Assembly (NCBI GenBank): GCA_015058945.1
Contig: SVBF01000007.1
Coordinates: forward strand, 133,850-197,849
Direction of reading: 5' to 3'
DNA length: 64,000 bases
Source of the DNA: Erysipelotrichaceae bacterium
Lineage (GTDB): Bacteria > Bacillota_I > Bacilli_A > RFN20 > CAG-826
Part shown: positions 47,831 to 57,060 of the stretch, piece by piece
Position numbering within the stretch: position 1 is the first letter of the stretch
How the letters are laid out: each line of letters begins with the position of its first letter
Position numbers and translations under genes: made by a program
Notes under the pieces: model-generated
Told to the model about the DNA's origin: nothing
What the model saw: the letters and a program-made list of their open reading frames with translations, nothing else
The model's database searches: none

Positions 47831-49558
47831 TCAGGCGAGCTGGGCGTTATATAGTTCGGCGAAGAAGCCGTTTTTCGCCATGAGCTCGGCGAAATTGCCC
47901 TGCTCGATGATCTTGCCCTGGTCCATGACGACGATATGGTCGGCGTTGCGGATGGTGGAGAGGCGATGGGCCACGACCAAAGACGTCTTCCCTTCCATGA
48001 GCTCGTCGAAGGCCTTGGCGAGTTTGATCTCGGTGCGTAGGTCGATATTGGAGGTCGCTTCGTCGAGCAAGACGATCTCCGGTTCCATCAGCATGATGCG
48101 GGCGACGCATAATAACTGCTTCTCGCCGGTGGAAAGCCCGCTACTGGAGGAGATGACGGTGTCATAGCCTTTCTCCAAGCGGCGGATAAAGGAGTCGGCA
48201 TGGGCTTTTTGGGCCGCGAGGATGACTTCTTCCTTGCTCGCGCCCGGTTTCCCATAGGCGATGTTCTCTTCGATCGTCCCATGGCGGAGCCAGGTCTCCT
48301 GCAAGACCATGCCCACATGGGAACGGAGTTCTTTCTTCTCCGCTTCCACGGAGGGGACGCCATTGAGATAGAAACCACCCTTTTGGGCGTCATAGAAACG
48401 CATCAGCAAATTGATGATCGTCGTCTTGCCGCATCCCGTCGGGCCGACGAGGGCGATCTTATGCCCTTTATATACTTCGAGGTCAAAGCCATCGATGATC
48501 GTGCGCTTGGTATCGTAAGAGAAGGTGATGTCCTTGGCCACGAGCGATTCGATCTTCTCCCCTAATGGGGTCTTCCCTTCGTCGACGTCATAAGGGGCGT
48601 GGATGACTTCGTCGACGCGGGATAACGACGTCGCGGCGTAAAGGACTTCCGACATCGCGTCGGCGATCTCATTGAAGGGCGTCATATATTGATAGGAATA
48701 AGTGAGGAACGCCGAAAGCGCCCCGACGGTGAAGGCGACCCCGGTGAAGGCAAAGGCGTCCGCGAAGAGCAATAGGCACGCGCCTAAAGCGATGACCGCG
48801 GCATAGATGGTGTTATTGACGAGTCGCGTCGCCGGGTTGATCCAGCAAGCGGCGAACATGGCCTTGAAGGCAGAGCCCCGATATTCTTTGTTGCGTTTGT
48901 CGAATTCCTTTTCCTTATCCTCGAATAAGCCATACGAATAGATCGATTCGATGTTATTGAGCGTCTCCAAAGATAACGAGGATAGACGCCCCATATCCGC
49001 GCTTTGTTTCTTGAAATAACGGGAGTTTCGCGAGGAAATCGCGCGGCTAACGACCACGGATAAGGGCGTCAATAAGACGACCACGCAGCCAAGCAGCCAA
49101 TGCAGGGCGAACATGAAGCCGAGCGTCACCGCGGCCTGGATGACGCCTTCGAACAAGGCGCCCGCCCCGGTGATGAGCCCGCTTTGGACGTTCTCGATGT
49201 CGGTGACTAAACGCAAGAGCAAATCGCCATGGCTATGCGCGTCAAGATAGGCGATGGGCATGCGGTTAATGGCGTGGAAGAGATCGTCCCTCATCCGCTT
49301 CAAGGTGCGCTGAGCGACATAGGAGACGGAGAGGTCGAAGAGATAACGGAATAACGACCCCGCGACGAGGCATCCCGCCATCAAGAAGAGATAGGTCGCG
49401 ATATCGAGGTCGCCGCCGCGGATCTTATCGATCGCCTTGCCGGTGAGGAAAGGGATCGCCATCTTGAAGAAGACCGAGACGGTGGCGAAGGTAAGCGCGA
49501 GGACGAGCAGCCCCTTTTCTTTCCGTAGATATGGCCAAAGCTTCCGTAGCGTCTTCAT
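47831..49558 (-). CDS. ABC exporter, fused permease/ATP-binding subunit (heterodimer partner B).
   Basis: 6-TM ABC_membrane domain plus Walker A GPTGCGKTT, the LSGGQ-like signature LSTGEKQ and Walker B LLDEATS. Confidence 0.85.
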   Translation of the reverse strand: MKTLRKLWPYLRKEKGLLVLALTFATVSVFFKMAIPFLTGKAIDKIRGGDLDIATYLFLMAGCLVAGSLFRYLFDLSVSYVAQRTLKRMRDDLFHAINRMPIAYLDAHSHGDLLLRLVTDIENVQSGLITGAGALFEGVIQAAVTLGFMFALHWLLGCVVVLLTPLSVVVSRAISSRNSRYFKKQSADMGRLSSLSLETLNNIESIYSYGLFEDKEKEFDKRNKEYRGSAFKAMFAACWINPATRLVNNTIYAAVIALGACLLLFADAFAFTGVAFTVGALSAFLTYSYQYMTPFNEIADAMSEVLYAATSLSRVDEVIHAPYDVDEGKTPLGEKIESLVAKDITFSYDTKRTIIDGFDLEVYKGHKIALVGPTGCGKTTIINLLMRFYDAQKGGFYLNGVPSVEAEKKELRSHVGMVLQETWLRHGTIEENIAYGKPGASKEEVILAAQKAHADSFIRRLEKGYDTVISSSSGLSTGEKQLLCVARIMLMEPEIVLLDEATSNIDLRTEIKLAKAFDELMEGKTSLVVAHRLSTIRNADHIVVMDQGKIIEQGNFAELMAKNGFFAELYNAQLA

Positions 49559-51282
49559 CGTTGCTTCACCTGCGCCTCATAGACTTCGCGATAGACGTCG
49601 CAGGAAGAAAGGAGTTCCTCGTGTTTTCCTTCCCCGACCACTTTTCCTTTATCGAGTACGTAAATGCGATCGCAATCCTTGATCGAGGTGGCGCGTTGGG
49701 AGACCATGATTAAAGTCATTCCCTTACGCTTCTTCACATTCTGACGGACCAAGAGGTCGCTTTTGTAGTCCAGCGCCGAAGTTGCATCATCGAGGATCAA
49801 GACTTCGCGGTGGCTAAGCAAGGCACGGGCGATGAGGAGGCGTTGTTTTTGCCCGCCGGAGAAATTGGCCCCGCCTTCTTCGACTTCGCCATCGAAGCCA
49901 CCCTCTTTGTCGAGGATGAAATCATAGGCCAAGGCGTCTTTCGCCGCCGCGACGATCTCTTCTTCGGCATATTCGCGACCTAAGGTCAAATTGTCGCGGA
50001 TCGTGCCTTTGAATAACTGAGGTTTCTGACTGACCAAAGCGATCTCGCCGCGCAAGGAGGCAAGTTTGCTCTGACGGATATCATGGCCGCGGTAAAGCAC
50101 TTCACCCCTTTCCGCATCGAGGAAACGGGGCAAGAGGGACACCAACACGGATTTGCCCGAACCCGTCCCGCCGATGATGCCGACGCTTTGTCCTTTGGGC
50201 ACGACGAGGCTCACGCCTTCTAAGGCCTTGCTCTCGCCGCCGAAGGAGACATCGACGTCACGTAATTCGAATAACGGTTCGCCCTGAGCCACCTCTTCTT
50301 CTTTCTCGCGTTCCCCGTCGACGATCGCGGGGGCGATGTCGAAGAAGGCGTCGATGCGCTTCTTATCCGCATAGGCTTTGGAAAAGGAAGTGACCAGACG
50401 GGTGAATTGGATCAAGGCGTTTAAGGATTGGGTCAAGAAAGAGATGATCGCGACGATCGAGCCGACCGAGATGCCCGTGGTCGGCAAGGCAAAGGAACCG
50501 AGGTAGAGGACCAAGACGACCGCGAGGTTCACGAAACCGAAAGTCAATGGGTTGATGAAGGCATTGATTCGCGCGAGCTTCAAAGCCTGGCGACGGTATT
50601 GCTCCGACTGACGCTCAAACCGCGCATCGGTCTCTTCCTGTTTGTTGAAGGCGCGGACGACCCTCGCCCCGGTGATGAGGTCGTCGCCCTCGGAGGAGAT
50701 GGCGTCGAGCTCGTTGGTGAGGGCGGTGTATTCTTTGGGCGACACCCCCACCACGATCCCGATCACGATGCCGCATAAGGCGAGCGAGCCGAGGACGACA
50801 AGCCCCGCATAAGGGCTCACGATAAAGGCCGCGACGGTCGAGCCGATGACCAAAAAGGGCGCACGAACGAGTAGCCTCATGAACATCTGCACGCCGATTT
50901 GAACGGAAAAAGAGGCGGTATTTACGAGGTTTAAGGCCTTGTTTTTGCCATAATTCTCGAGTTGTACCGGCGAAAGTTCCCCGATGTGGGCGTAGATGTT
51001 CTTCTTTAAATCGTAGGCGAATCGCGTCGTCACGCTGGAAGCGACGTATTGGGCGATCATCGTAAAGCCAAACCCGAACACGGAAAGGCCAAAGATCGCG
51101 CCGCATAAGCCGAGGACGAACGCGCCGTCGCCATAATGGGCGCCCCCTTGGGTCAACCCCTCGTCGATGATCGCGCGGACGAGAAAAGGAATGATGAGCT
51201 CGCAGGTGCATTCGAGTGCCTTGAGAAGCGGCGCGAGGAAAACCTTGAAACGGTGTTTCTTCAAAGGCGTCAACGCCTTCAT
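49555..51282 (-). CDS. ABC exporter, fused permease/ATP-binding subunit (heterodimer partner A).
   Basis: GGTGSGKS Walker A, FSGGQKQR signature and ILDDATSALD Walker B. It overlaps its partner by 4 bp. Confidence 0.85.
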   Translation of the reverse strand: MKALTPLKKHRFKVFLAPLLKALECTCELIIPFLVRAIIDEGLTQGGAHYGDGAFVLGLCGAIFGLSVFGFGFTMIAQYVASSVTTRFAYDLKKNIYAHIGELSPVQLENYGKNKALNLVNTASFSVQIGVQMFMRLLVRAPFLVIGSTVAAFIVSPYAGLVVLGSLALCGIVIGIVVGVSPKEYTALTNELDAISSEGDDLITGARVVRAFNKQEETDARFERQSEQYRRQALKLARINAFINPLTFGFVNLAVVLVLYLGSFALPTTGISVGSIVAIISFLTQSLNALIQFTRLVTSFSKAYADKKRIDAFFDIAPAIVDGEREKEEEVAQGEPLFELRDVDVSFGGESKALEGVSLVVPKGQSVGIIGGTGSGKSVLVSLLPRFLDAERGEVLYRGHDIRQSKLASLRGEIALVSQKPQLFKGTIRDNLTLGREYAEEEIVAAAKDALAYDFILDKEGGFDGEVEEGGANFSGGQKQRLLIARALLSHREVLILDDATSALDYKSDLLVRQNVKKRKGMTLIMVSQRATSIKDCDRIYVLDKGKVVGEGKHEELLSSCDVYREVYEAQVKQR

Positions 51283-52628
51283 TCCTCGTTCTCCTCCTCA
51301 AGTTCTGGCGGGGGTGGGAATTCAATATGGAGCACGACCACGTCGCCATAGACGGGGTCTTCGTGGATGAAGTTCGCGATATTCTCGCCCACGAACTCGA
51401 TGCGTTCGTAATGACGCTCGGTCGGATGAAGTTCATAGCTGCGTATGGCGAAGGACCAATCGCTATGCTTGACGAGGGCGACTTTCGCGTTGCCGCAATC
51501 GACGACGAGGTTCGGCCTGGTGAATTCAAGGCTTAGGCGAAGCGTGGCGCCATCTTCGGAGGTTTCGAGTTCGACGATGCTTTTATCGGAATAGGAATCC
51601 TGCTGTTCGGCGAAGGAATCGTAGAAGGTATCTTCGTCATAGACCACGGAGTCCGAGTTCTTCGGCAAGTCGGCGCAGAGCTCGTTGAGCACGTTCTCCG
51701 CGCCCGCCTTCCATTCGAGTTCGGGCCCGCCCGACTCGAGGAGGTGGTTCATGGTGAAGGCGGCGATAAGGAAATAACGCAAGGCGCGGAATTTGCTCTT
51801 CTTCATGCCGAGGCCATGGTAGAAGCATAGGCCGAGGTTATAGGAGCAGGTCGCGAATTCGGGGAGGGAATTCGGGTCGCTGAAGGCTTTGCCATAGAGT
51901 TCGCCATAGACCGAATACATGCAATTGGCCCCGAAGAGCTGGTCGGTGGCGACGTATTTGCCCTGCATGTAGTAATTGGCGATGCATAGGCTCGCGGACA
52001 AAGAACCTAAAGCCGCCGATTTGCTGAAGCATTCGAACGCTTTGCGCATATCGCCTTTGGCGTTGCGGCGGTCATAGGTGAGGCCGAGCTCATATTGGGC
52101 TTGGGCATCATAGGAAAGCAAAGGGGAACGATATAGTTCGATGGCCTTATCGACGTCTTCGGGAACAAAACGCAGACCGCGGGCATAGGCGCGAGCCAAA
52201 TTCAGGCAGGCGAAGCCATCCTCGAAATTGGAATAGAGCCAGTTGAGGTAATCGACATAGAGACGCTCGTTGGCCTCGGTGTCCTCGATCTTGTCGTCGT
52301 AATAGTTCGAGCAGAAGTCGATGACCTCTTCCCGCGCCACCTCCTTTGAGATGTGGTCGCGACGGTATTCGGATAAGGCTTTGCCGGTGGCTTCGTCGAT
52401 CGGCAAACCCGAGGCGTCGCCGACGACATGGCAAAGCCCGCAAGATGGGCAACGGGCGGAAAGACCATCCGCGCTCTTGCCCCAGTTTTTCACGTCGCGG
52501 GCGGAGAAAACGTAGCCACAGAAAGAGCAAAGGCATTCTTTTGAGGCGAGGATTTCGAGCTCGTTGTCGTGGACGTGAGCTTCATATTTTTCGTATTTTT
52601 CGGTGGCGTCTTTGGTTTTCACGGGCAT
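51279..52628 (-). CDS. Sel1-like repeat protein with an N-terminal CxxC...CxxC zinc-ribbon.
   Basis: CSFCGY...CPSCGLC N-terminus and tandem Sel1/TPR-like repeats (AYARGLRFVPEDVDKAIELY..., FECFSKSAALG...). Its stop overlaps the ABC gene start. Confidence 0.45.
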   Translation of the reverse strand: MPVKTKDATEKYEKYEAHVHDNELEILASKECLCSFCGYVFSARDVKNWGKSADGLSARCPSCGLCHVVGDASGLPIDEATGKALSEYRRDHISKEVAREEVIDFCSNYYDDKIEDTEANERLYVDYLNWLYSNFEDGFACLNLARAYARGLRFVPEDVDKAIELYRSPLLSYDAQAQYELGLTYDRRNAKGDMRKAFECFSKSAALGSLSASLCIANYYMQGKYVATDQLFGANCMYSVYGELYGKAFSDPNSLPEFATCSYNLGLCFYHGLGMKKSKFRALRYFLIAAFTMNHLLESGGPELEWKAGAENVLNELCADLPKNSDSVVYDEDTFYDSFAEQQDSYSDKSIVELETSEDGATLRLSLEFTRPNLVVDCGNAKVALVKHSDWSFAIRSYELHPTERHYERIEFVGENIANFIHEDPVYGDVVVLHIEFPPPPELEEENEE

Positions 52629-52687
52629 AATCTTAACATAGTCAAATAGGCTTTTCCTCTTTAAGGAAAGCGAAACGGAGATTCGAG

Positions 52688-53704
52688 ATGAAAGTACTTG
52701 TCGATGTCCTCGGCGGAGATAATGCCCCCAAAGCCGTGATCGAAGGCGCGATGGCCGCCTTAAAGAAAGAAGAGGACCTGAATCTAGTCCTCGTCGGACC
52801 CAAAGATAAGATCGAGGAGGCCATCAAGGCTAGCGCCATCGATCATAGCCGCGTCGAGATCCTCCATAGCGAGGTCGCGGTCAATAACACCGATCACCCC
52901 TCCCTCTTCTTAAAACAGAAACCGGATTCCTCTTTGGCCATCTGCTTCGACCAACTCCGTAAGCGCGACGACGTCGATGGCATGGTCTCCGCCGGCCCTA
53001 CCGGGGCGCTGCTCACCGGCACCGTCTTGCGCGTCGGCCGTCTCCCGGGCGTCTCTCGCCCCGCGCTAATCGCCACCCTTCCCACCAGGAAAGGCACCTT
53101 CACCCGTCTTGTCGACGCCGGCGCCAACATGGACTGCAAGAGCGAATACCTCGTCCAGTTCGCCTTGATGGCGGACGTCTATCTCCGTTTGCTCGGCAAC
53201 CCCTCCCCTAGCGTCGCCACCCTTTCCGTCGGCCAAGAGGAAGGCAAGGGCAACGAGGTGGTCAAAGAAGCCTATGCCACGTTAAAGCAAACCGAACTCA
53301 ACTTCGTCGGCAACATCGAGGGCGACCACGTCCTCAAAGGTGAGGCCGACATCGTCGTCTGCGATGGCTTCGCCGGCAACGTCTTCCTCAAAGCCACCGA
53401 GGAAGGCGCCTATTTCATCTCTGATTTGTTCAAGGCCGCCCTTACCCGCAACATCTTTGCCAAGATCGGCGCCCTCTTCCAGATGAAGGGCCTCAAGAAA
53501 GTCAAGGAACCCTTCAACCACGCCCGCAAGGCCTGCGCCCCGCTTCTTGGCGCGAAGAAGCTCGTCCTCAAGTGCCATGGCAAATCCGAAGCCGAGACCT
53601 TTGAGGCGACGATTTTAGAGGCGAGCCGCCTTTCCAAACTCGGATTACAAGAAAAAATCTCCGCCGCCATCGCTGGCATGAATGCGGAGAAAACTGCGGA
53701 ATAA
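52688..53704 (+). CDS. plsX: Phosphate acyltransferase PlsX.
   Basis: MKVLVDVLGGDNAP N-terminus and GFAGNVFLK are typical PlsX features. Confidence 0.9.
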   Translation: MKVLVDVLGGDNAPKAVIEGAMAALKKEEDLNLVLVGPKDKIEEAIKASAIDHSRVEILHSEVAVNNTDHPSLFLKQKPDSSLAICFDQLRKRDDVDGMVSAGPTGALLTGTVLRVGRLPGVSRPALIATLPTRKGTFTRLVDAGANMDCKSEYLVQFALMADVYLRLLGNPSPSVATLSVGQEEGKGNEVVKEAYATLKQTELNFVGNIEGDHVLKGEADIVVCDGFAGNVFLKATEEGAYFISDLFKAALTRNIFAKIGALFQMKGLKKVKEPFNHARKACAPLLGAKKLVLKCHGKSEAETFEATILEASRLSKLGLQEKISAAIAGMNAEKTAE

Positions 53705-53720
53705 CGTCGCAAAAACGCCT

Positions 53721-54356
53721 TTATTCGCGGAATCTGCGGTCCCCGAACATCGTGATTCCCAAAATGGCCGGCACCACCGGCGCCACATCCTCGATGCAGC
53801 TCATCGTGCGTTCTACTACGTCCATTTCAACGAAGAACTCGGAGACGAAAAGCACGGCGGAAAGCACCAAAATCAGGGTGAGGGCGATGTGGATCAAATT
53901 GTTCCATGGCTTGGCCTTGCGGTTCAGTCCGAGGATGATGAACATCAACACGAAGATCCCTAACGTCAAGCCGACGCTAATAAAGCCGAGGGTCCAGGCA
54001 ACGTAGACGCTTTCCTCCCATTCGCCCTGAGCGACCAGGGGGAAATCAAAGATCGACGGCACCATCAAACTCGCCACGGCGACGAGCCAGGCGAAGGAAT
54101 AAAGACCATGGAACGATTTCCGGTCATGGTTATGCTCCGCAAGGTTCGCGATATAGAAGATAAGCAATAACGAGAAGAGGATGACGACGCTATGCTCGGC
54201 GATCTCCATCTCGTTGATGGGTCGCTTCAAATAACCCATGACGATCATGGTCAACGAGCAGATGATGTGGATCGCGTCGAAAACCGTGAAGCCGATGTAG
54301 GCTCTCTTTGGCACGCGCCATTCGGAAGTTTCGCTTTTCTTCTCTTCGTTTTCCAT
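53721..54356 (-). CDS. Polytopic membrane protein, hypothetical.
   Basis: 6 predicted TM helices; no motifs. Confidence 0.4.
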   Translation of the reverse strand: MENEEKKSETSEWRVPKRAYIGFTVFDAIHIICSLTMIVMGYLKRPINEMEIAEHSVVILFSLLLIFYIANLAEHNHDRKSFHGLYSFAWLVAVASLMVPSIFDFPLVAQGEWEESVYVAWTLGFISVGLTLGIFVLMFIILGLNRKAKPWNNLIHIALTLILVLSAVLFVSEFFVEMDVVERTMSCIEDVAPVVPAILGITMFGDRRFRE

Positions 54357-54505
54357 TGGCTCGGAGGAATTATATTCTTTCTCTTTCTTTAGAAAAGAAG
54401 AAAGCGGTCACTTGCGGATCGCCCCCGTTAGGAAGCTATCGGCAAAAAACGAAGAACTTTGCTAAGTTTTAACTTTTTTGCCGATAGGTTTATAATTGTT
54501 GGCAT

Positions 54506-55402
54506 ATGAGTAACCTCATCGGTGTCAAAGAGACGTCCATCAAATGGAACATATCGGAGCGTAGCGTCCGTAATTACTGCGCGCTTGGCAGGGTCGAGGG
54601 CGCCGTATTGGTCGGCAAGACTTGGTTCATTCCCCAAGATGCCAAGAAACCGACACGGAGCAACGAAAAAGAGAGCAAAAACCATCTTTTGGACCGACTT
54701 CGTCAAGAGAAGAATCACCAGATCAAAGGGGGGATTTACCATAAGTTGATCGTCGACCTCACCTTCAATTCGAACCATATCGAGGGAAGCAAGCTGTCTC
54801 ATGACGAGACCCGTTATATCTTTGAGACGAGGACCATCGGGGTAGCCGAAAGCACCAGTAAGAATGTCGATGACATCGTCGAGACCATCAACCATTTCGC
54901 CGCGGTGGACCAAGTGATCGACTCCGCGAACTACCCGCTCAGTGAGTCCTTCATCAAAAGGCTGCACGGCATCCTGAAAGCGAATACGAACGATTCGCGC
55001 CTCCCCCATTTCGCCGTCGGCGCGTACAAAAGGATGCCAAACGAAGTCGGAGGTAGAGAAACGACCCCTCCAAGACTGGTTGCCGGCGAAATGGGCAGAC
55101 TCCTCGCGGACTACAACCAAAAGGAGGCTCATACCTTCGAAGATATCGTGGAATTTCACGTCAAGTTCGAACGGATACACCCGTTCCAAGACGGCAACGG
55201 TAGAGTTGGGCGCTTAATCGCGCTTAAGGAATGCTTGGCCAACAACATTGTCCCCTTCATCATCCTCGACGACAAAAAGGCGTTCTATTATCGGGGTCTA
55301 AAGGAATGGGACAGGGAACGCGGATATCTGCTCGACACCTGTCGCGATGGTCAAGACATCGTCAAAACCTACTTGGATTATTTCGGCATAAGCCATAAAT
55401 GA
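54506..55402 (+). CDS. Fic/DOC family protein (AMPylase-type).
   Basis: Canonical Fic motif HPFQDGNGRVGR. Confidence 0.85.
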   Translation: MSNLIGVKETSIKWNISERSVRNYCALGRVEGAVLVGKTWFIPQDAKKPTRSNEKESKNHLLDRLRQEKNHQIKGGIYHKLIVDLTFNSNHIEGSKLSHDETRYIFETRTIGVAESTSKNVDDIVETINHFAAVDQVIDSANYPLSESFIKRLHGILKANTNDSRLPHFAVGAYKRMPNEVGGRETTPPRLVAGEMGRLLADYNQKEAHTFEDIVEFHVKFERIHPFQDGNGRVGRLIALKECLANNIVPFIILDDKKAFYYRGLKEWDRERGYLLDTCRDGQDIVKTYLDYFGISHK

Positions 55403-55444
55403 AAAAACACGCACCTTTACCGTGCGTGTCTTGACATTCAATCG

Positions 55445-55535
55445 TGGCGGAGACAGAGGGATTTGAACCCTCGCTGGCCTTGCGACCACTAACGGTTTAG
55501 CAAACCGTCCCCTTCGGCCTCTTGGGTATGTCTCC
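55445..55535 (-). tRNA. tRNA-Ser (anticodon GCT).
   Basis: GGAGACATACCCAAGAGG... with a long variable arm and anticodon loop TTGCTAA, 91 nt. Confidence 0.8.
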
Positions 55536-55581
55536 GTCGGTGACTAAATATACAACAACGGGTCGAAACTATCCAATGCTT

Positions 55582-57021
55582 TTAATACGCTTTGGCAAAG
55601 TAGACGACCATCGTCGCTTTCTTACCGCAGACGGGGCAAACCGTCCCTTCGGGAACTTCCTCTTTGTAGATGGCCCTGGCGGTGCCGCCTTTGGTGATCT
55701 CTTTGATCTTGAGCTCGCACTCAGGCTCGCCGCAAAACGCCATGCGGGCATAACCGCCTTTGGAAAGGGCGGCGTTAAGGTCTTCGAGGTTATCGACGTC
55801 GACGACGCTATGGTCGAGCTGGTCTTTGGCCTTGGCGTACATCTGTTCGTGGATCTCGGATAGGACGCCGGGGATCATGGCCTCGAGTTCGGCGATCGGG
55901 AGGACGTCCTTCTGCCCATTCACGCGACGGGTGAGGACCGCCTTGCCTTCCGCGAGGTCGCGGGGGCCAAGTTCGATGCGAAGGGGCACGCCCTTCATCT
56001 CCCACTGGGCGAACTTCCAGCCGGGGGTGCGGTCGGAATCGTCCACTTTGACGCGGATGCCTAAGCCTTTGAGGACGCCTTCGATCTCATGGCATTTCTC
56101 CATGACGCCTTCAGCTTGCTGACGGACGGGGACGATCACCACCTGGATCGGGGCGATCGAAGGAGGCAAAACGAGGCCGTTATCGTCGCCATGGACCATG
56201 ATGACCGCGCCGATGAGACGGGTCGAGACACCCCAGGACGTCTGATGGGGAACCTCGAGCTTGTTGCCGCGCCCCAAATAACGGACGCCGAAGGACTCGG
56301 CGAAGGAGGTGCCGAAATAATGCGTGGTGCCGGCTTGGAGGGCCTTGCCATCGTGCATCAAGGCCTCGATGGTGTAGGTCGCGACGGCGCCGGCGAATTT
56401 CTCGTGTTCGGTCTTGCGGCCTTTGACAAAGGGGATCGCGAGGACGTCACGCCCCACTTCGTCATAGACGTTAAGCATGGTGAGGACGTTGTTGCGCGCC
56501 TCTTCCTCGGTCTCGAACAAACAATGGCCTTCCTGCCAGAGGAATTCGGAGCCGCGGAGGAAAGGACGGGTGGTCTTCTCCCAACGGACGACCGAGCACC
56601 ACTGGTTATAGACCTTGGGGAGGTCGCGGTAAGAGGAGACGAGATGCTTGTAGAGGTCGCAGAAAAGGACTTCCGAGGTCGGGCGGACGATGAGCGGGTC
56701 GGCGAGGGTCTCCCCACCGCCGATGGTCGCCACCAAGGTCTCGGGGGCGAATCCTTCAATGTGCTCCTTTTCCTTATTGAATAAGGAGGAAGGGATGATC
56801 ATCGGCAAATAGACATTCTCGGCGCCGTTTTCCTTGAAGCGACGGTCGAGCTCGGCCTGGATGCGTTCCCAGATGGCATAGCCATAGGGCAAATAGTCGA
56901 TGAAGCCTTTGACGGAGGAATAGTCCATGAGTTCCGCCTTGCGGCACACGTCGGTGTACCACTGGGCGAAGTCTTGGTCGCGCGAGGTGATCGCGTCGTT
57001 CTTGTTTTGAATGTCTGCCAT
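55582..57021 (-). CDS. proS: Prolyl-tRNA synthetase, archaeal/eukaryotic-type (class IIa, no editing insertion, C-terminal Zn-binding domain).
   Basis: 479 aa with class II motifs, a GTSFAESFG-like region and C-terminal CGEPECE...CPVCGKK. Confidence 0.85.
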   Translation of the reverse strand: MADIQNKNDAITSRDQDFAQWYTDVCRKAELMDYSSVKGFIDYLPYGYAIWERIQAELDRRFKENGAENVYLPMIIPSSLFNKEKEHIEGFAPETLVATIGGGETLADPLIVRPTSEVLFCDLYKHLVSSYRDLPKVYNQWCSVVRWEKTTRPFLRGSEFLWQEGHCLFETEEEARNNVLTMLNVYDEVGRDVLAIPFVKGRKTEHEKFAGAVATYTIEALMHDGKALQAGTTHYFGTSFAESFGVRYLGRGNKLEVPHQTSWGVSTRLIGAVIMVHGDDNGLVLPPSIAPIQVVIVPVRQQAEGVMEKCHEIEGVLKGLGIRVKVDDSDRTPGWKFAQWEMKGVPLRIELGPRDLAEGKAVLTRRVNGQKDVLPIAELEAMIPGVLSEIHEQMYAKAKDQLDHSVVDVDNLEDLNAALSKGGYARMAFCGEPECELKIKEITKGGTARAIYKEEVPEGTVCPVCGKKATMVVYFAKAY

Positions 57022-57060
57022 AGTTGTTCTCTTTTCTAACGCGTAACTACTATACGCGCA

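Noticed and set aside
50615..51529. 304-aa Arg-rich ORF antisense to the ABC transporter gene.
   Set aside because: The composition (R, P, G, H runs) is characteristic of a spurious antisense frame, and it overlaps a gene with intact Walker motifs.
54428..55189. 253-aa ORF antisense to the Fic gene.
   Set aside because: The sense strand encodes the intact HPFQDGNGRVGR Fic motif, and the antisense ORF has no recognisable features.
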